Positions 27,639 to 37,839 of a DNA stretch of 64,000 bases are shown one piece after another. The position numbers and the translations under genes are program-made. Location: the NCBI GenBank assembly GCA_026391675.1, contig JAPLDQ010000048.1:13850-77849 (forward strand), in the 5' to 3' direction. The stretch comes from Bacteroidota bacterium (GTDB taxonomy: Bacteria; Bacteroidota; Bacteroidia; Bacteroidales; JACABE01). Below the pieces are notes generated by a model. It was given only the letters and a program-made list of their open reading frames with translations, ran no database searches and had not been told where the DNA came from. The stretch's first letter is position 1. Each line of letters starts with the position of its first letter.

Positions 27639-29222
27639 TTAGTTTTCGTATCTTTTAGAAATATCTTTAGCAAGCTGTTCTAATGTCTTTACATCATTGT
27701 CGGTTAAATTACCGGCTTTTAATGAAATCAATACATCCTTATGATCAATTTGCAAGTGGTGTAAGAATTCGATTTCAAATTCTTTTACTTTACCCACAGG
27801 AACTCTTTGCAATAAGCCTCTTGTACCACAAAAGATGATAGCAATCTGTTCTTCAACTTTCATGGGTGAATATTGAGGTTGTTTCAGGATTTCCACATTG
27901 CGGCTACCTTTGTCAAGCACAGCTTTGGTAGTTGCATCCAGATCAGAACCGAATTTTGAGAAAGCTTCCAGTTCGCGGAACTGAGCCTGGTCAATTTTAA
28001 GTGTACCGGCTACTTTTTTCATGGATTTTATCTGAGCATTACCACCCACACGTGATACCGAAATACCTACGTTGATAGCGGGACGGATACCTGCGTTGAA
28101 TAAGTTGGTTTCCAGGAATATCTGACCATCGGTAATAGAAATTACATTGGTTGGAATATAGGCAGAAACGTCACCGGCCTGAGTTTCGATAATTGGTAAA
28201 GCTGTTAGAGAACCACCACCTTTTACAAGATGTCTGATTGATTCAGGTAAATTATTCATTTGAGCAGCAATTTCATCTGATTTGATAATTTTTGCCGCTC
28301 TTTCGAGTAATCTTGAATGTAAATAAAATACATCACCCGGATATGCTTCACGACCAGGTGGACGACGCAATAATAAGGAAACTTCGCGGTAAGCCACAGC
28401 TTGTTTTGATAAATCATCATAAACTACCAATGCAGGGCGTCCGGTATCTCTGAAAAATTCGCCGATGGCAGCACCTGTAAACGGAGCGTAAAACTGCAAT
28501 GCTGCAGGATCAGATGCTGTTGCAGCAACAATAACTGTATATGCTAAAGCGCCTTTTTCTTCCAATGTTTTAACAACATTGGCAATGGTTGAGCCTTTTT
28601 GTCCAGATGCTACATAAATACAATAAACAGCATCACCTCTTTCGTAAAACTCTTTCTGGTTGATAATGGTATCAATAGCTATAGCTGATTTTCCTGTCTG
28701 ACGGTCGCCGATGATTAACTCACGCTGACCTCTTCCGATTGGAATCATGGCATCGATAGGTTTAATACCGGTCTGCAATGGTTCGTTAACCGGTTGACGA
28801 TAAATAACACCGGGAGCTTTGCGTTCCAGCGGCATTTCGTAGGTTTCGCCAGTAATCGGGCCTTTACCGTCAATAGGTTCACCAAGGGTATTGATAACCC
28901 TGCCTAACATACCTTCGCCAACTTTAACTGAGGCAATCTGTTCGGTACGTTTTACGATATCACCTTCTTTAATCTGGTGAGAATCTCCTAATAATACAAC
29001 ACCTACGTTGTCTTCTTCCAGGTTAAGCACGATTGCTTTTACGCCGGTTTTTGTAAATTCTACTAACTCGCCTGATTGAGCATTGTTGAGTCCATAAATA
29101 CGAGCAATTCCGTCACCAACCTGCAAAACAGAACCAACTTCCTGTAAGTCGGATTCCATTTTAAAGCCTGCTAATTGTTGTCTTAAAATTGCTGATATTT
29201 CAGCGGGTTTAATTTCTGCCAT
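27639..29222 (-). CDS. atpA: F1 ATP synthase alpha subunit
   Basis: 527 aa with Walker A GDRQTGKS, and conserved throughout. Confidence 0.96.
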   Translation of the reverse strand: MAEIKPAEISAILRQQLAGFKMESDLQEVGSVLQVGDGIARIYGLNNAQSGELVEFTKTGVKAIVLNLEEDNVGVVLLGDSHQIKEGDIVKRTEQIASVKVGEGMLGRVINTLGEPIDGKGPITGETYEMPLERKAPGVIYRQPVNEPLQTGIKPIDAMIPIGRGQRELIIGDRQTGKSAIAIDTIINQKEFYERGDAVYCIYVASGQKGSTIANVVKTLEEKGALAYTVIVAATASDPAALQFYAPFTGAAIGEFFRDTGRPALVVYDDLSKQAVAYREVSLLLRRPPGREAYPGDVFYLHSRLLERAAKIIKSDEIAAQMNNLPESIRHLVKGGGSLTALPIIETQAGDVSAYIPTNVISITDGQIFLETNLFNAGIRPAINVGISVSRVGGNAQIKSMKKVAGTLKIDQAQFRELEAFSKFGSDLDATTKAVLDKGSRNVEILKQPQYSPMKVEEQIAIIFCGTRGLLQRVPVGKVKEFEIEFLHHLQIDHKDVLISLKAGNLTDNDVKTLEQLAKDISKRYEN

Positions 29223-29249
29223 ATTGTAATTTATTTATATTCTGTGTGT

Positions 29250-29807
29250 TTAAAATCCTTTTTCGTAAATATTTTTATCAAATTCTTTTCTTAAGCGTTG
29301 AATTTTTGTTGAAATGCTGTTATCAGCCTGTTTGTCGTCAATTGTAACAATAAATCCACCAATAATAGAGGGATTAATGTCTTCCAGTAATTCAACTTTT
29401 TTATTTGACTGGCTCGAAAGTAAGTTAATGAATTCTGTTTTTGTAGGCTGATCTAATTCTATAGCTGTTTTTAAATAAGCTGTTTTAATGCCTTTGTATT
29501 CATTGTACATTTCAATGTATTCCAACGCAATATTTCTTAGATTGGCTTCACGTCTTTTCTTTAAAATCAGTAACAGAAAACTCAATGAAACTTTATTCAG
29601 CTGATTACCCATTATTTCTTTAACAACAGCTTGTTTTTTGTCTGTTTTAATAATAGGGCTTGACATTAAACTTTCAAATTCTTTGCTTGCTATACAGATA
29701 TTTTTTACCAATTGCATATCCTGAAATGCCACATCCGTAATTTGTTGTTCAATGGCTATATCAAACAATGCTTTTGCATACCTGCCGTTAATTCTGCTAT
29801 CCTTCAT
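29250..29807 (-). CDS. atpH: F1 ATP synthase delta (OSCP) subunit
   Basis: 185 aa with N-terminal RYAKALFD, at the expected operon position between atpF and atpA. Confidence 0.85.
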   Translation of the reverse strand: MKDSRINGRYAKALFDIAIEQQITDVAFQDMQLVKNICIASKEFESLMSSPIIKTDKKQAVVKEIMGNQLNKVSLSFLLLILKKRREANLRNIALEYIEMYNEYKGIKTAYLKTAIELDQPTKTEFINLLSSQSNKKVELLEDINPSIIGGFIVTIDDKQADNSISTKIQRLRKEFDKNIYEKGF

Positions 29808-29827
29808 ATTCTCTTTTTTGCAGCAAT

Positions 29828-30322
29828 TTAGTTAAAACTGATGTTGTCCATCATTTTATCGATATGCTTTTTCTGACTTTCTTTGTTTGATAATTCTTCT
29901 TTCAGAATTTTTTCCGCAATATCAATAGATAATGTAGCAATTTGATTTTTTAATTCAGTAATGGCAGCCATTTTCTCGTAATTAATACTTTCTTTTGCTG
30001 ATTCAAGTATGCGGTTGTATTCCTGATTGGCTTTGTTTTTAGCCTCTTCTATCATATTTTCACGAATGTCACGTGCATCTTTTAAAATTGCACTTCTTTC
30101 TTCTTTTGCCTGACGAAGTAATTCTTCATTGTCTGATTTCAAAGCTTTCATTTCATCACGTGCTCTATCAGCCTGATGCAAAGCTTCTTCAATAGTTTTT
30201 TCTCTTTCATGCAAGGTAGCCAAAATAGGGATCCATGCAAATTTGGCAAGTATAAAAACCAAAATTCCAAACGACAATGTCATCCAAAAAATAAGACCTA
30301 TACCCGGTGTTACTATTCCCAT
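29828..30322 (-). CDS. atpF: F0 ATP synthase subunit b
   Basis: 164 aa with one N-terminal TM and a long charged helix, at the expected operon position. Confidence 0.85.
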   Translation of the reverse strand: MGIVTPGIGLIFWMTLSFGILVFILAKFAWIPILATLHEREKTIEEALHQADRARDEMKALKSDNEELLRQAKEERSAILKDARDIRENMIEEAKNKANQEYNRILESAKESINYEKMAAITELKNQIATLSIDIAEKILKEELSNKESQKKHIDKMMDNISFN

Positions 30323-30419
30323 AATTGTTGTATTTACAAATCTTTACTAACGATAATTTTTAAATTTAAAAACTGTATCACTGCAACCAACCGTTGCAAT
30401 GATACAGTTAAACTGTTTG

Positions 30420-30683
<264 letters not shown>

Positions 30684-30731
30684 TTAATGTATTATTGTGT
30701 TAGTAAATAATTTAATATATAAATGAATAAA

Positions 30732-31850
30732 TTAATGTTCTTTGTGATGTTCTTCAATAGCCATACCAAAATATAAGGCAGAAAGCAAGGTAAACACATA
30801 TGCCTGGATAAAAGCTACCAGTAATTCCAGTAAGCCCATGAAAACATAGAAAATAACTGAAACTACAGATACACCATAACCTAAAGCCGGTTTCATCTCA
30901 CCAAAAATAAAAATCAAGCTGATAAAACCCAGTGCAATAATGTGTCCTGCAGTTATATTAGCAAAGAGACGGACCATTAATACAAATGGTTTTGTTATTA
31001 CACCTGTTAATTCTACAATTGGCATTAATGGCACAGGAATTTTTAACCACCATGGTACGCCCGGAGCATTAACAATATGCATCCAGTATGCTTTGTTACC
31101 ACTGAAAGTAGTGATTAAAAAAGTAAAGATAGCCAGTGTCATGGTAATGGCAATATTTCCAGTAAGGTTTACACCTCCCGGGAAAAATGGTATTAATCCC
31201 AATAGATTATTTAAAAAGATAAAGAAAAATATTGTTAACAGGAAAGGCAGGTATTTATGGTATTTTTTTTCACCGATAGATGCTTTTGCAATATCATCCC
31301 TTACAAAAATAATTAAAGGTTCCAGCAATGACTGCATGCCTTTTGGTGCAGCAACACCACGTTTGCGATAAGAGGCTGATATTGAAAGAAAAATAAATAA
31401 CATCAGAAAAACACCGATAAATAATGACATTACATTTTTAGTTATAGAAAAATCAAGAGGCGTTTTTGCATCTTCAATTTCTTTTCCGTCAGCAGCTTTT
31501 GCAATATGAACTACTTTCCCTTTGTTTTTGCCTGTTTCAGCTATTTTAAAATCATTATAGCTTTCTTTTCCGTGATGAAAATGTGAAGAGCTGAATGTAA
31601 TCAATTTTCCATCATAGATTAAAATAACCGGAAGTGGAATTGCAATATGGGTTTCGCCTATTGTAGCGATATGCCATTCGTATGCATCAGAAATATGCTC
31701 AATAATCATTTCTCCAGCATTGAATTTTTCTGATTTAGCTTTTTCTTCACCTGCTGTAACGTTCTGTGATGCAGCTATTGAAAGCATCATAAAAATTGCA
31801 ACGGAAAATATCTTTAGGTTAAAGTTTTTCAATCTATTCGTAAAAGGCAT
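30732..31850 (-). CDS. atpB: F0 ATP synthase subunit a
   Basis: 372 aa with the essential Arg helix LMVRLFANITAGH and a long N-terminal extension carrying a signal-like segment. Confidence 0.9.
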   Translation of the reverse strand: MPFTNRLKNFNLKIFSVAIFMMLSIAASQNVTAGEEKAKSEKFNAGEMIIEHISDAYEWHIATIGETHIAIPLPVILIYDGKLITFSSSHFHHGKESYNDFKIAETGKNKGKVVHIAKAADGKEIEDAKTPLDFSITKNVMSLFIGVFLMLFIFLSISASYRKRGVAAPKGMQSLLEPLIIFVRDDIAKASIGEKKYHKYLPFLLTIFFFIFLNNLLGLIPFFPGGVNLTGNIAITMTLAIFTFLITTFSGNKAYWMHIVNAPGVPWWLKIPVPLMPIVELTGVITKPFVLMVRLFANITAGHIIALGFISLIFIFGEMKPALGYGVSVVSVIFYVFMGLLELLVAFIQAYVFTLLSALYFGMAIEEHHKEH

Positions 31851-31925
31851 ATAATCGTTCTTAAATACTCAAATTTCTAATTGCTATCTGTTTAACTTAA
31901 AAAAGCTAAGCTTAAAAAGAAGGCA

Positions 31926-31933
31926 CAAAAGTA
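31926..31933 (-). promoter_or_regulatory. Candidate -7 box (TACTTTTG) for the atp operon
   Basis: The minus strand reads TACTTTTG, about 75 nt upstream of the atpB ATG. Confidence 0.3.
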
Positions 31934-32107
31934 AGAATTTTAGCTTACAATTCATAAAAAATCTTATTAAAAATTGGTATTAATTTTATAAATATCAGAA
32001 ATTCAGTAGAATAAAAATAAATATAAATTAAAATTCAATAAAGTGATTTTAGCATAATAAACAGCTTTTTACAACTTAAGTTTTTAGCTGGCTGATATGA
32101 ATTAAAC

Positions 32108-32677
32108 TTATGCCTTGTTTTGATACATGGGGCTGAGGTTGTATTTTTCGGGAAAGCGGGCTGTTTTATCACGATAAAAATCCTGAATATATTTTAAATC
32201 CTGTTCGTAATTCCCAAATTTGGGGTAAACAACCGGTCCTATACCACCTTCTTTTTTAGCGTAATCAATAAAACCGAGTATTACCGGAACATTGGCTCTT
32301 TCGGCAATATGATAAAAACCTTTCTTCCAGTTGGCATTGTATTTACGGGTACCTTCAGGTGTAATGATAATGGCTAATTTTTCGTTTTTATCAAACAAAT
32401 CACAAACCTGATCCACCATATTGTTTTTCCTGCTCCGGTTTACGGGAATACCACCCAGGGCTTTTAATACGTTTCCCAGTGGAAATTTAAAGAGTTCTTT
32501 TTTTATCAGAAACTTAGCCTGAATACCCAGTTTATAAAAAGCCAGCCGGCCAAGTATAAAATCGAGATTACTGGTGTGTGGTGCTTCTATCATAATGAAT
32601 TTATTAAAACCTTCTGGTAGTTTTCCAACTACTTTCCAACCGAATAACTTTAAAATGATAATACTTAGAATCCGCAT
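32108..32677 (-). CDS. 1-acyl-sn-glycerol-3-phosphate acyltransferase family protein
   Basis: HxxxxD motif (HTSNLD) and ITPEGTR motif. The start is set at ATG 32677 (MRILS); the track extends to a GTG at 32740. Confidence 0.8.
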   Translation of the reverse strand: MRILSIIILKLFGWKVVGKLPEGFNKFIMIEAPHTSNLDFILGRLAFYKLGIQAKFLIKKELFKFPLGNVLKALGGIPVNRSRKNNMVDQVCDLFDKNEKLAIIITPEGTRKYNANWKKGFYHIAERANVPVILGFIDYAKKEGGIGPVVYPKFGNYEQDLKYIQDFYRDKTARFPEKYNLSPMYQNKA

Positions 32678-32735
32678 TCGTTTATATTTTGATTTGCAAA
32701 AATAGTTAAAAAGCATGAAATAGTTTATAATTTTT

Positions 32736-32831
32736 GCCACAAAGGCGCTAAGGATTAAAAATTAAGAATTAAGGATTAAAAATGAATAATTAAAAAAATG
32801 AAATTTTATATGTACTTCGTGTCTTTGTGGC
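32736..32831. repeat. 9-bp perfect inverted repeat (GCCACAAAG / CTTTGTGGC) enclosing an AAGGATTAAAAATTAAG word-stutter
   Basis: Arms at 32736-32744 and 32823-32831. The interior reads aaggattaaaaattaagaattaaggattaaaaatgaataattaaaaaaatg. Confidence 0.75.
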
Positions 32832-32877
32832 TATTATATAAATTTCTTTTTATAACAGAGGGAAAAGTAAAATATTT

Positions 32878-32885
32878 TAACTTTG
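32878..32885 (+). promoter_or_regulatory. Candidate -7 box (TAACTTTG)
   Basis: Matches TAnnTTTG 19 nt upstream of ATG 32905. Confidence 0.35.
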
Positions 32886-32904
32886 CAGTCCTTAAAATAT
32901 AATC

Positions 32905-33450
32905 ATGCGAAAACTGAAAAATGAAGAACTGAATCGCCTTACAGTGGATGATTTTAAAGAAGCAGAGAAATTACCTTTAATAATATTGCTGGATAATATA
33001 AGAAGCCAGCATAATATTGGTTCTGTTTTCAGAACTTCGGATGCATTCAGGATAGAAGCCATCTATTTATGTGGTATTACTGCAACACCACCTAACCGCG
33101 AAATTCATAAAACAGCTTTAGGTGCGACTGATACTGTTAAATGGGTCTATTTTGAAAATACCTTATCTGCTGTTGAAAAGCTGAAGCAGGAAAATTATAC
33201 TGTATATGCAGTTGAACAAGCTGAGCAAAGCATTTCACTGAATGATTTTGATGTAATGAATGAACAAAAAATCGCCCTTATTTTTGGAAATGAAGTGGAT
33301 GGTGTAAGTGAAGAAGTAATGCACAGCGTGGACGGATGTATCGAGATTCCTCAGTTCGGGACCAAGCATTCCCTGAATATATCGGTAAGTGCCGGAATAG
33401 TAATATGGGAAGTGGCAAACAGGATGATGGAGGGGAAAGAAGGAAATTAG
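32905..33450 (+). CDS. SpoU/TrmH-family RNA 2'-O-methyltransferase
   Basis: 181 aa with HNIGSVFRTSDAF, IFGNEVDGVS and SLNISVSAGIVIWE motifs. Confidence 0.85.
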   Translation: MRKLKNEELNRLTVDDFKEAEKLPLIILLDNIRSQHNIGSVFRTSDAFRIEAIYLCGITATPPNREIHKTALGATDTVKWVYFENTLSAVEKLKQENYTVYAVEQAEQSISLNDFDVMNEQKIALIFGNEVDGVSEEVMHSVDGCIEIPQFGTKHSLNISVSAGIVIWEVANRMMEGKEGN

Positions 33451-33462
33451 CAATTAGCAATG
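33445..33462. repeat. Heptamer word stutter (AATTAGC x2 + AATG) spanning a stop codon
   Basis: ggaaATTAGcaattagcaatg. The TAG stop of the methyltransferase (33448-33450) lies inside the first repeat unit. Confidence 0.75.
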
Positions 33463-33509
33463 TCTTCACATTACCACATCAACATATCATCGCATTAGTA
33501 CATTAACTG

Positions 33510-34190
33510 CTAATTATGAACAAGTTTTGCATCTTTAAACTTTGTTTTCAGCTTTTTTAGAAGTTGTGCAGCTTCTTCTTTCTCATTAAAAGGACCTAAG
33601 ATAATTTTGTAAATAGCTTTTCCTCTGTGGTGAAGTTTTTTAATTGATGCTAAATTTCTGTATTCCTTTAACAATCGTTTATTCACTTCCTGCTCAGCAT
33701 TTTTTTCGAGTTTACAACTGGCCAGTCTGATGTAATAATGTTGCGTAGTATCCACAAATTCTTCAGGGGAAAGACTGTCAGCAATGGGTTCGATAAAGGT
33801 ACTGTCAGCAGCCTGGTTTAAGTATTGCTGTAAACAGGAATTATCAAGCAATTGTAATTTTACCTTTGCTGTTCCCTGTCCTATAATCTCAATCTTTTTT
33901 GCAGCAATATAAGTGAGGTCTATCATGTTTTTCCGGTGGAAACGGTCGTTGATTCTGACGATAACGGATTTGTTGTTGCGGGGATTGGTTACTTTTACCA
34001 GTGATTGTAGCGGGAAACTGCGGTGGGCTGCTGTATATTTTTTATTGCTGAACTTTTCTCCTGAAAACGTTCTCCGGCCATTGAATTTTTTAGCATAAAA
34101 TGTAGCTTTAGCCTGATAAACATGTGAAGGTTGGGCTGTTAACATTTCACCCGAAAGGATAAGGAAACATATAAGCAATAATTTATACAT
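33510..34190 (-). CDS. rlpA: RlpA-like lytic transglycosylase (DPBB) with C-terminal SPOR domain
   Basis: Signal peptide, ATFYAKKFNGRRTFSGEKF..YTAAH..PL.S.VKVTN..NNKSVIVRINDR, and a C-terminal SPOR-like YKIILGPFNEKEEA. Confidence 0.8.
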   Translation of the reverse strand: MYKLLLICFLILSGEMLTAQPSHVYQAKATFYAKKFNGRRTFSGEKFSNKKYTAAHRSFPLQSLVKVTNPRNNKSVIVRINDRFHRKNMIDLTYIAAKKIEIIGQGTAKVKLQLLDNSCLQQYLNQAADSTFIEPIADSLSPEEFVDTTQHYYIRLASCKLEKNAEQEVNKRLLKEYRNLASIKKLHHRGKAIYKIILGPFNEKEEAAQLLKKLKTKFKDAKLVHN

Positions 34191-34262
34191 TCAAATTGTA
34201 TTGGTTTACACTATGTTATAATTATTCTGATAATAATTGTATCAATTAAAACGCATTATTTG

Positions 34263-34270
34263 TACTTTTG
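34263..34270 (+). promoter_or_regulatory. Candidate -7 box (TACTTTTG)
   Basis: Lies 20 nt upstream of ATG 34291 and inside the track ORF that starts at TTG 34237. This argues for the shorter gene model. Confidence 0.35.
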
Positions 34271-34290
34271 TTTCCGCTAAATTAGTAAAA

Positions 34291-34743
34291 ATGGAAGAAA
34301 CAACCAATAACATCAACATTGAACCTGTACAAAAACGTCCTCCAATGTTGCAGGTTCTTTGCATATTAACCTTTATCTGGAGTGGCTTTAATATGATTTA
34401 TAATCTGATCTATGGATTATTCTATAATGCACTTAAAGAATTTATTGTTAATATGGAATTTCCGAAAAATTATAAAGAGCTTAAAGATGTAATTTTATAT
34501 GTATTTTCAGGTGGCCGGTTTTTCTTTCTGTCAGGGTTTTTATTGTGTTTTTTCAGCATTTTTGGTGCCTATAAGATGTGGAAATTGCAAAAAAATGGCT
34601 TTCATTTTTATACGGTAGCCCAATTACTTATGCTGATGCTTCCGATGATTTTTATCCATGGCGAAAAATTGAATGTTGTTGAAGTATTGATTACAGCTTT
34701 ATTCATATTGTATTATGCAAGGTTTTTAAAGCTGATGGCATAA
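34291..34743 (+). CDS. Small membrane protein, hypothetical
   Basis: About 150 aa with 4 predicted TM helices. No family recognised. Confidence 0.5.
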   Translation: MEETTNNINIEPVQKRPPMLQVLCILTFIWSGFNMIYNLIYGLFYNALKEFIVNMEFPKNYKELKDVILYVFSGGRFFFLSGFLLCFFSIFGAYKMWKLQKNGFHFYTVAQLLMLMLPMIFIHGEKLNVVEVLITALFILYYARFLKLMA

Positions 34744-34884
34744 CATACAAGATTAAGGTCTCTCATTCAAACTTACTGGAAGCTTATTTTTATAAATTAT
34801 CGGTACTTTAAAGAATAATTGGAGTTAATTTAACTTTACAGGAATTTTGGGTACAGCGCAGCTTTGTTAATTAGCAACTTTCCT

Positions 34885-35658
34885 TTATTGAATGTTAAGC
34901 TCTTCAGGTAGTTTTAGTTTATATTTTTTCATTATTTCGCTGCTGATTTTTGTAGTAATTTTATAATTGGATTTATTTAAATACTGTATCATAATCGGAT
35001 AATTAAACTTTTCATCCACATTTATTAATTTACCATCCACATAATTAAACAGGTCAAATGTCCAGTAATTGTGTTCTTTAACTGAATTGAGTGTCATTGT
35101 GATGATTTCAAAATTGCCATCCTTGTCAAAGTCCCTTTCAACCCGTTTGTCCATATCTTTATAAGATATTTTATTAAACCTGCCTTCACTGGTCTGGAAA
35201 AAATAAATAACGCGCTCATATAAAGATGCAAGTCCATTTCCCATATACCAGACATTAATTTTAATATCTGTTAATCCGTCACCATTAAAATCAGCAGTAA
35301 CTAACGGACCATCAAAATTATACTTTCCCAGAAACCAGATTTCTTCTTTAAATTTTTGAATTTCTATCTTATTTCTGAATATTCTGATTTTAGAACTGTC
35401 TAAATCGTCAGTAATAAAAAAAGGAAGCTGGAAATCTTTTGCAAAGCTCGAAAATTGAATTGTTAGTGTATCCTTGTTTTGATAAAAACCTGGTATCGTC
35501 ATGGTAAAATGTAAGGCATTCTTCTTCTTTGTCCAATCATAGGTTTTCCAATCATTATAAGTTTTGAGTTTTACAGTATCAAATACTTCAAAAGGGTATT
35601 GTGCCTTTATTGTTAACATTATAATAATCAGTAAAAATGTTGAAATACAATGCTTCAT
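34885..35658 (-). CDS. Secreted hypothetical protein with FG-GAP/VCBS-like Ca-binding loops
   Basis: Signal peptide from MKHCIS (ATG 35658), plus DFNGDGLTDI and DFDKDGNFE loops. Confidence 0.5.
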   Translation of the reverse strand: MKHCISTFLLIIIMLTIKAQYPFEVFDTVKLKTYNDWKTYDWTKKKNALHFTMTIPGFYQNKDTLTIQFSSFAKDFQLPFFITDDLDSSKIRIFRNKIEIQKFKEEIWFLGKYNFDGPLVTADFNGDGLTDIKINVWYMGNGLASLYERVIYFFQTSEGRFNKISYKDMDKRVERDFDKDGNFEIITMTLNSVKEHNYWTFDLFNYVDGKLINVDEKFNYPIMIQYLNKSNYKITTKISSEIMKKYKLKLPEELNIQ

Positions 35659-35845
35659 AATATTGGCAGTTAACGTCAATTCTTAAAAAAACCAGAATTA
35701 ATGAATTATTCGTCAAAAATATAACTTTTTGATAAACGCAGCAGAAAAAAATATATTAATCTATAAACATTCCATTGTTTTTAAATGCCTTATATTCTTT
35801 ATTTTATACATAAGAAGCAAGGCAGACAACCCCTGTGTAGGAGGT

Positions 35846-37633
35846 TTATTTTTCGCTTAGGTCTTTCTTTATTTCATATTCGCCTGATCCGTCTTTTTGT
35901 TTCAGTGCGGTTACTTTACCATTTTCAATAATAAACTCAATTGTAAAATCTGCAAATTCTTTTGTTTTAAAAATATTAGGTTTATAAGGAATTAGTTCCA
36001 GGTCGGGTTCGCCAACCACAAATAAATGGTTTTTATTTTTTAAGACTATATTTATGGTGTTTGTCCCGATTTTGTATTTTCCGGTGTATTTGGTAAGTGT
36101 TTCAACAGTACTTAAAGCGGCATCAGCTTTTTTTACAAAACAAACTTCGCCTTCATCCAGTGAAACTACAAAGCGGTCTATTTCGCCCTGTGGATTGGTT
36201 TGAAAGTTTAATGAATACATACCATCTTCTTCATCATTTTTAGTGTCAAATCTATCATAATGGACATGATGCATCGGCAGTTGAATATGGTGTAATGTAA
36301 ACAACATTTGTGTATCTTTCCGGGCTATGTTTATAATACCATATGCCGGATTTTCAAAATCTCCTGAATAATCACTTAATGGATGAGATGGTTTTGTGTT
36401 TTTAACCTGGCCCTGCGTAGCTTTTTCTCTTCCTTCTTTGCCAAGTTTCTTAGCTGCATCTCTGTTTATTAATCCTCTCTCACTCCATGGTGTGACAGAC
36501 ATTCCCAATAAATGTTCGTACACATTGTATAGTATAGAATTGTAACTAATGCTATGGTCTCCAATTACAAATACAATTACGCCAATACTATCCTGAGGCA
36601 TATAAGATATCTGAGAGTGAATCCCATTTAAATCGCCACCGTGCAATACCAATTGATGACCACGATAGGAATAAATTTCTCTTCCCATACCATAAACCGG
36701 ATTAAGCATTTCAGTAAAGCCCTGGTCCAATGAATAGTTATGTAAAGCAATTGCCGGTTCCTTAGTTGCATTTACAACAGATTCGGGAATTACCTGTTTG
36801 CCATCGTATATACCTTTATTCATAAGCGCTATAAGCCAATGTGATAAATCTGTAATGTTTGAAATGATGGATCCGGCAGGACCCAAGCCATCTGTTTCGG
36901 TATTATATTCTATTTTGTAAAGTATATTAGTATCCCTTTTCTCATTAAATGGTACAAAATAATCGGATTGTTTTTTCATATCAGCAATACTAAAAAAAGT
37001 ATTGTTCATTTTTAATGGTTGTAAAATCCTTTCCTGTACAAAAGATTCCCAGGTTTTACCTTCTATTAAATTAATAATGTGACCTGAAGCTGCATACATT
37101 AGGTTATTATATAAAAATCCCTGACGTAAGGGTTGAACAGGTTCCAGATATTTTAATTTTTCAAACAATTCAGTCCGGTTAAAATCAGATTTATACCATA
37201 TTAAATCATGTCGGGTAACACCGGTTCTGTGGGAAAGCATATCCCTTATCGTAATCGTATTATTCAATTCATTATTATAGAACTGAATTGTTGGAACAAA
37301 GGTTTTTATTGGTTTATCCCAATCTAATTTTCCTTCATTTACCAACAAACCTATAGCTGTAGAAGTAAATAATTTTGTATTGGAAGCTATTTGAAATAAA
37401 GTGTTGGCAGTTACAGGTAATTTTTTTTCATAATCACGGTATCCATAGCCTTTTACAAAAACAAGTTTACCATTTTTAACAATTCCGATGCCAACACCCG
37501 GCATATTCCAGTTTTTTAGAATTGTCTCCATTTCTTTGTCAAATCCTTTGAGTTTTCTTTGTATTTCGGTGTCTTGTGCAAAACTAATGTTGGCAATAAG
37601 ACATAAGCTTATAAAAAAGGTAATTTTTCTCAT
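35846..37633 (-). CDS. Serine hydrolase, class-C beta-lactamase/PBP family with C-terminal extra domain
   Basis: Signal peptide, SxxK (ASNTKLFT) and a YxN-like YNN motif. 595 aa. Confidence 0.8.
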   Translation of the reverse strand: MRKITFFISLCLIANISFAQDTEIQRKLKGFDKEMETILKNWNMPGVGIGIVKNGKLVFVKGYGYRDYEKKLPVTANTLFQIASNTKLFTSTAIGLLVNEGKLDWDKPIKTFVPTIQFYNNELNNTITIRDMLSHRTGVTRHDLIWYKSDFNRTELFEKLKYLEPVQPLRQGFLYNNLMYAASGHIINLIEGKTWESFVQERILQPLKMNNTFFSIADMKKQSDYFVPFNEKRDTNILYKIEYNTETDGLGPAGSIISNITDLSHWLIALMNKGIYDGKQVIPESVVNATKEPAIALHNYSLDQGFTEMLNPVYGMGREIYSYRGHQLVLHGGDLNGIHSQISYMPQDSIGVIVFVIGDHSISYNSILYNVYEHLLGMSVTPWSERGLINRDAAKKLGKEGREKATQGQVKNTKPSHPLSDYSGDFENPAYGIINIARKDTQMLFTLHHIQLPMHHVHYDRFDTKNDEEDGMYSLNFQTNPQGEIDRFVVSLDEGEVCFVKKADAALSTVETLTKYTGKYKIGTNTINIVLKNKNHLFVVGEPDLELIPYKPNIFKTKEFADFTIEFIIENGKVTALKQKDGSGEYEIKKDLSEK

Positions 37634-37839
37634 GTTATTAAAATATTATTGCTTATACCAATCAGTATTCAGCAAAGTTGGTGCAGGCTATTTTTATTTT
37701 AGTCGTTATTCTGCTTACGCGACTTTATATACAAACAATTAATGTATTTAATTTGTTTTTCATTCTTTATGTAATGGCTTAAAGGACTGAGTCTTATTAT
37801 GATTAATCATATACAATATTATACATCAGTACTTTTTAT

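Noticed and set aside
30940-31371. Antisense or nested ORFs in the track (for example 30940-31371, 53680-54081, 46733-47171, 22003-22329, 904-1104, 5233-5526, 14510-14800, 37799-38035)
   Set aside because: Each lies entirely within, and opposite to or out of frame with, a strongly supported conserved gene. Their translations are low-complexity with no motifs.
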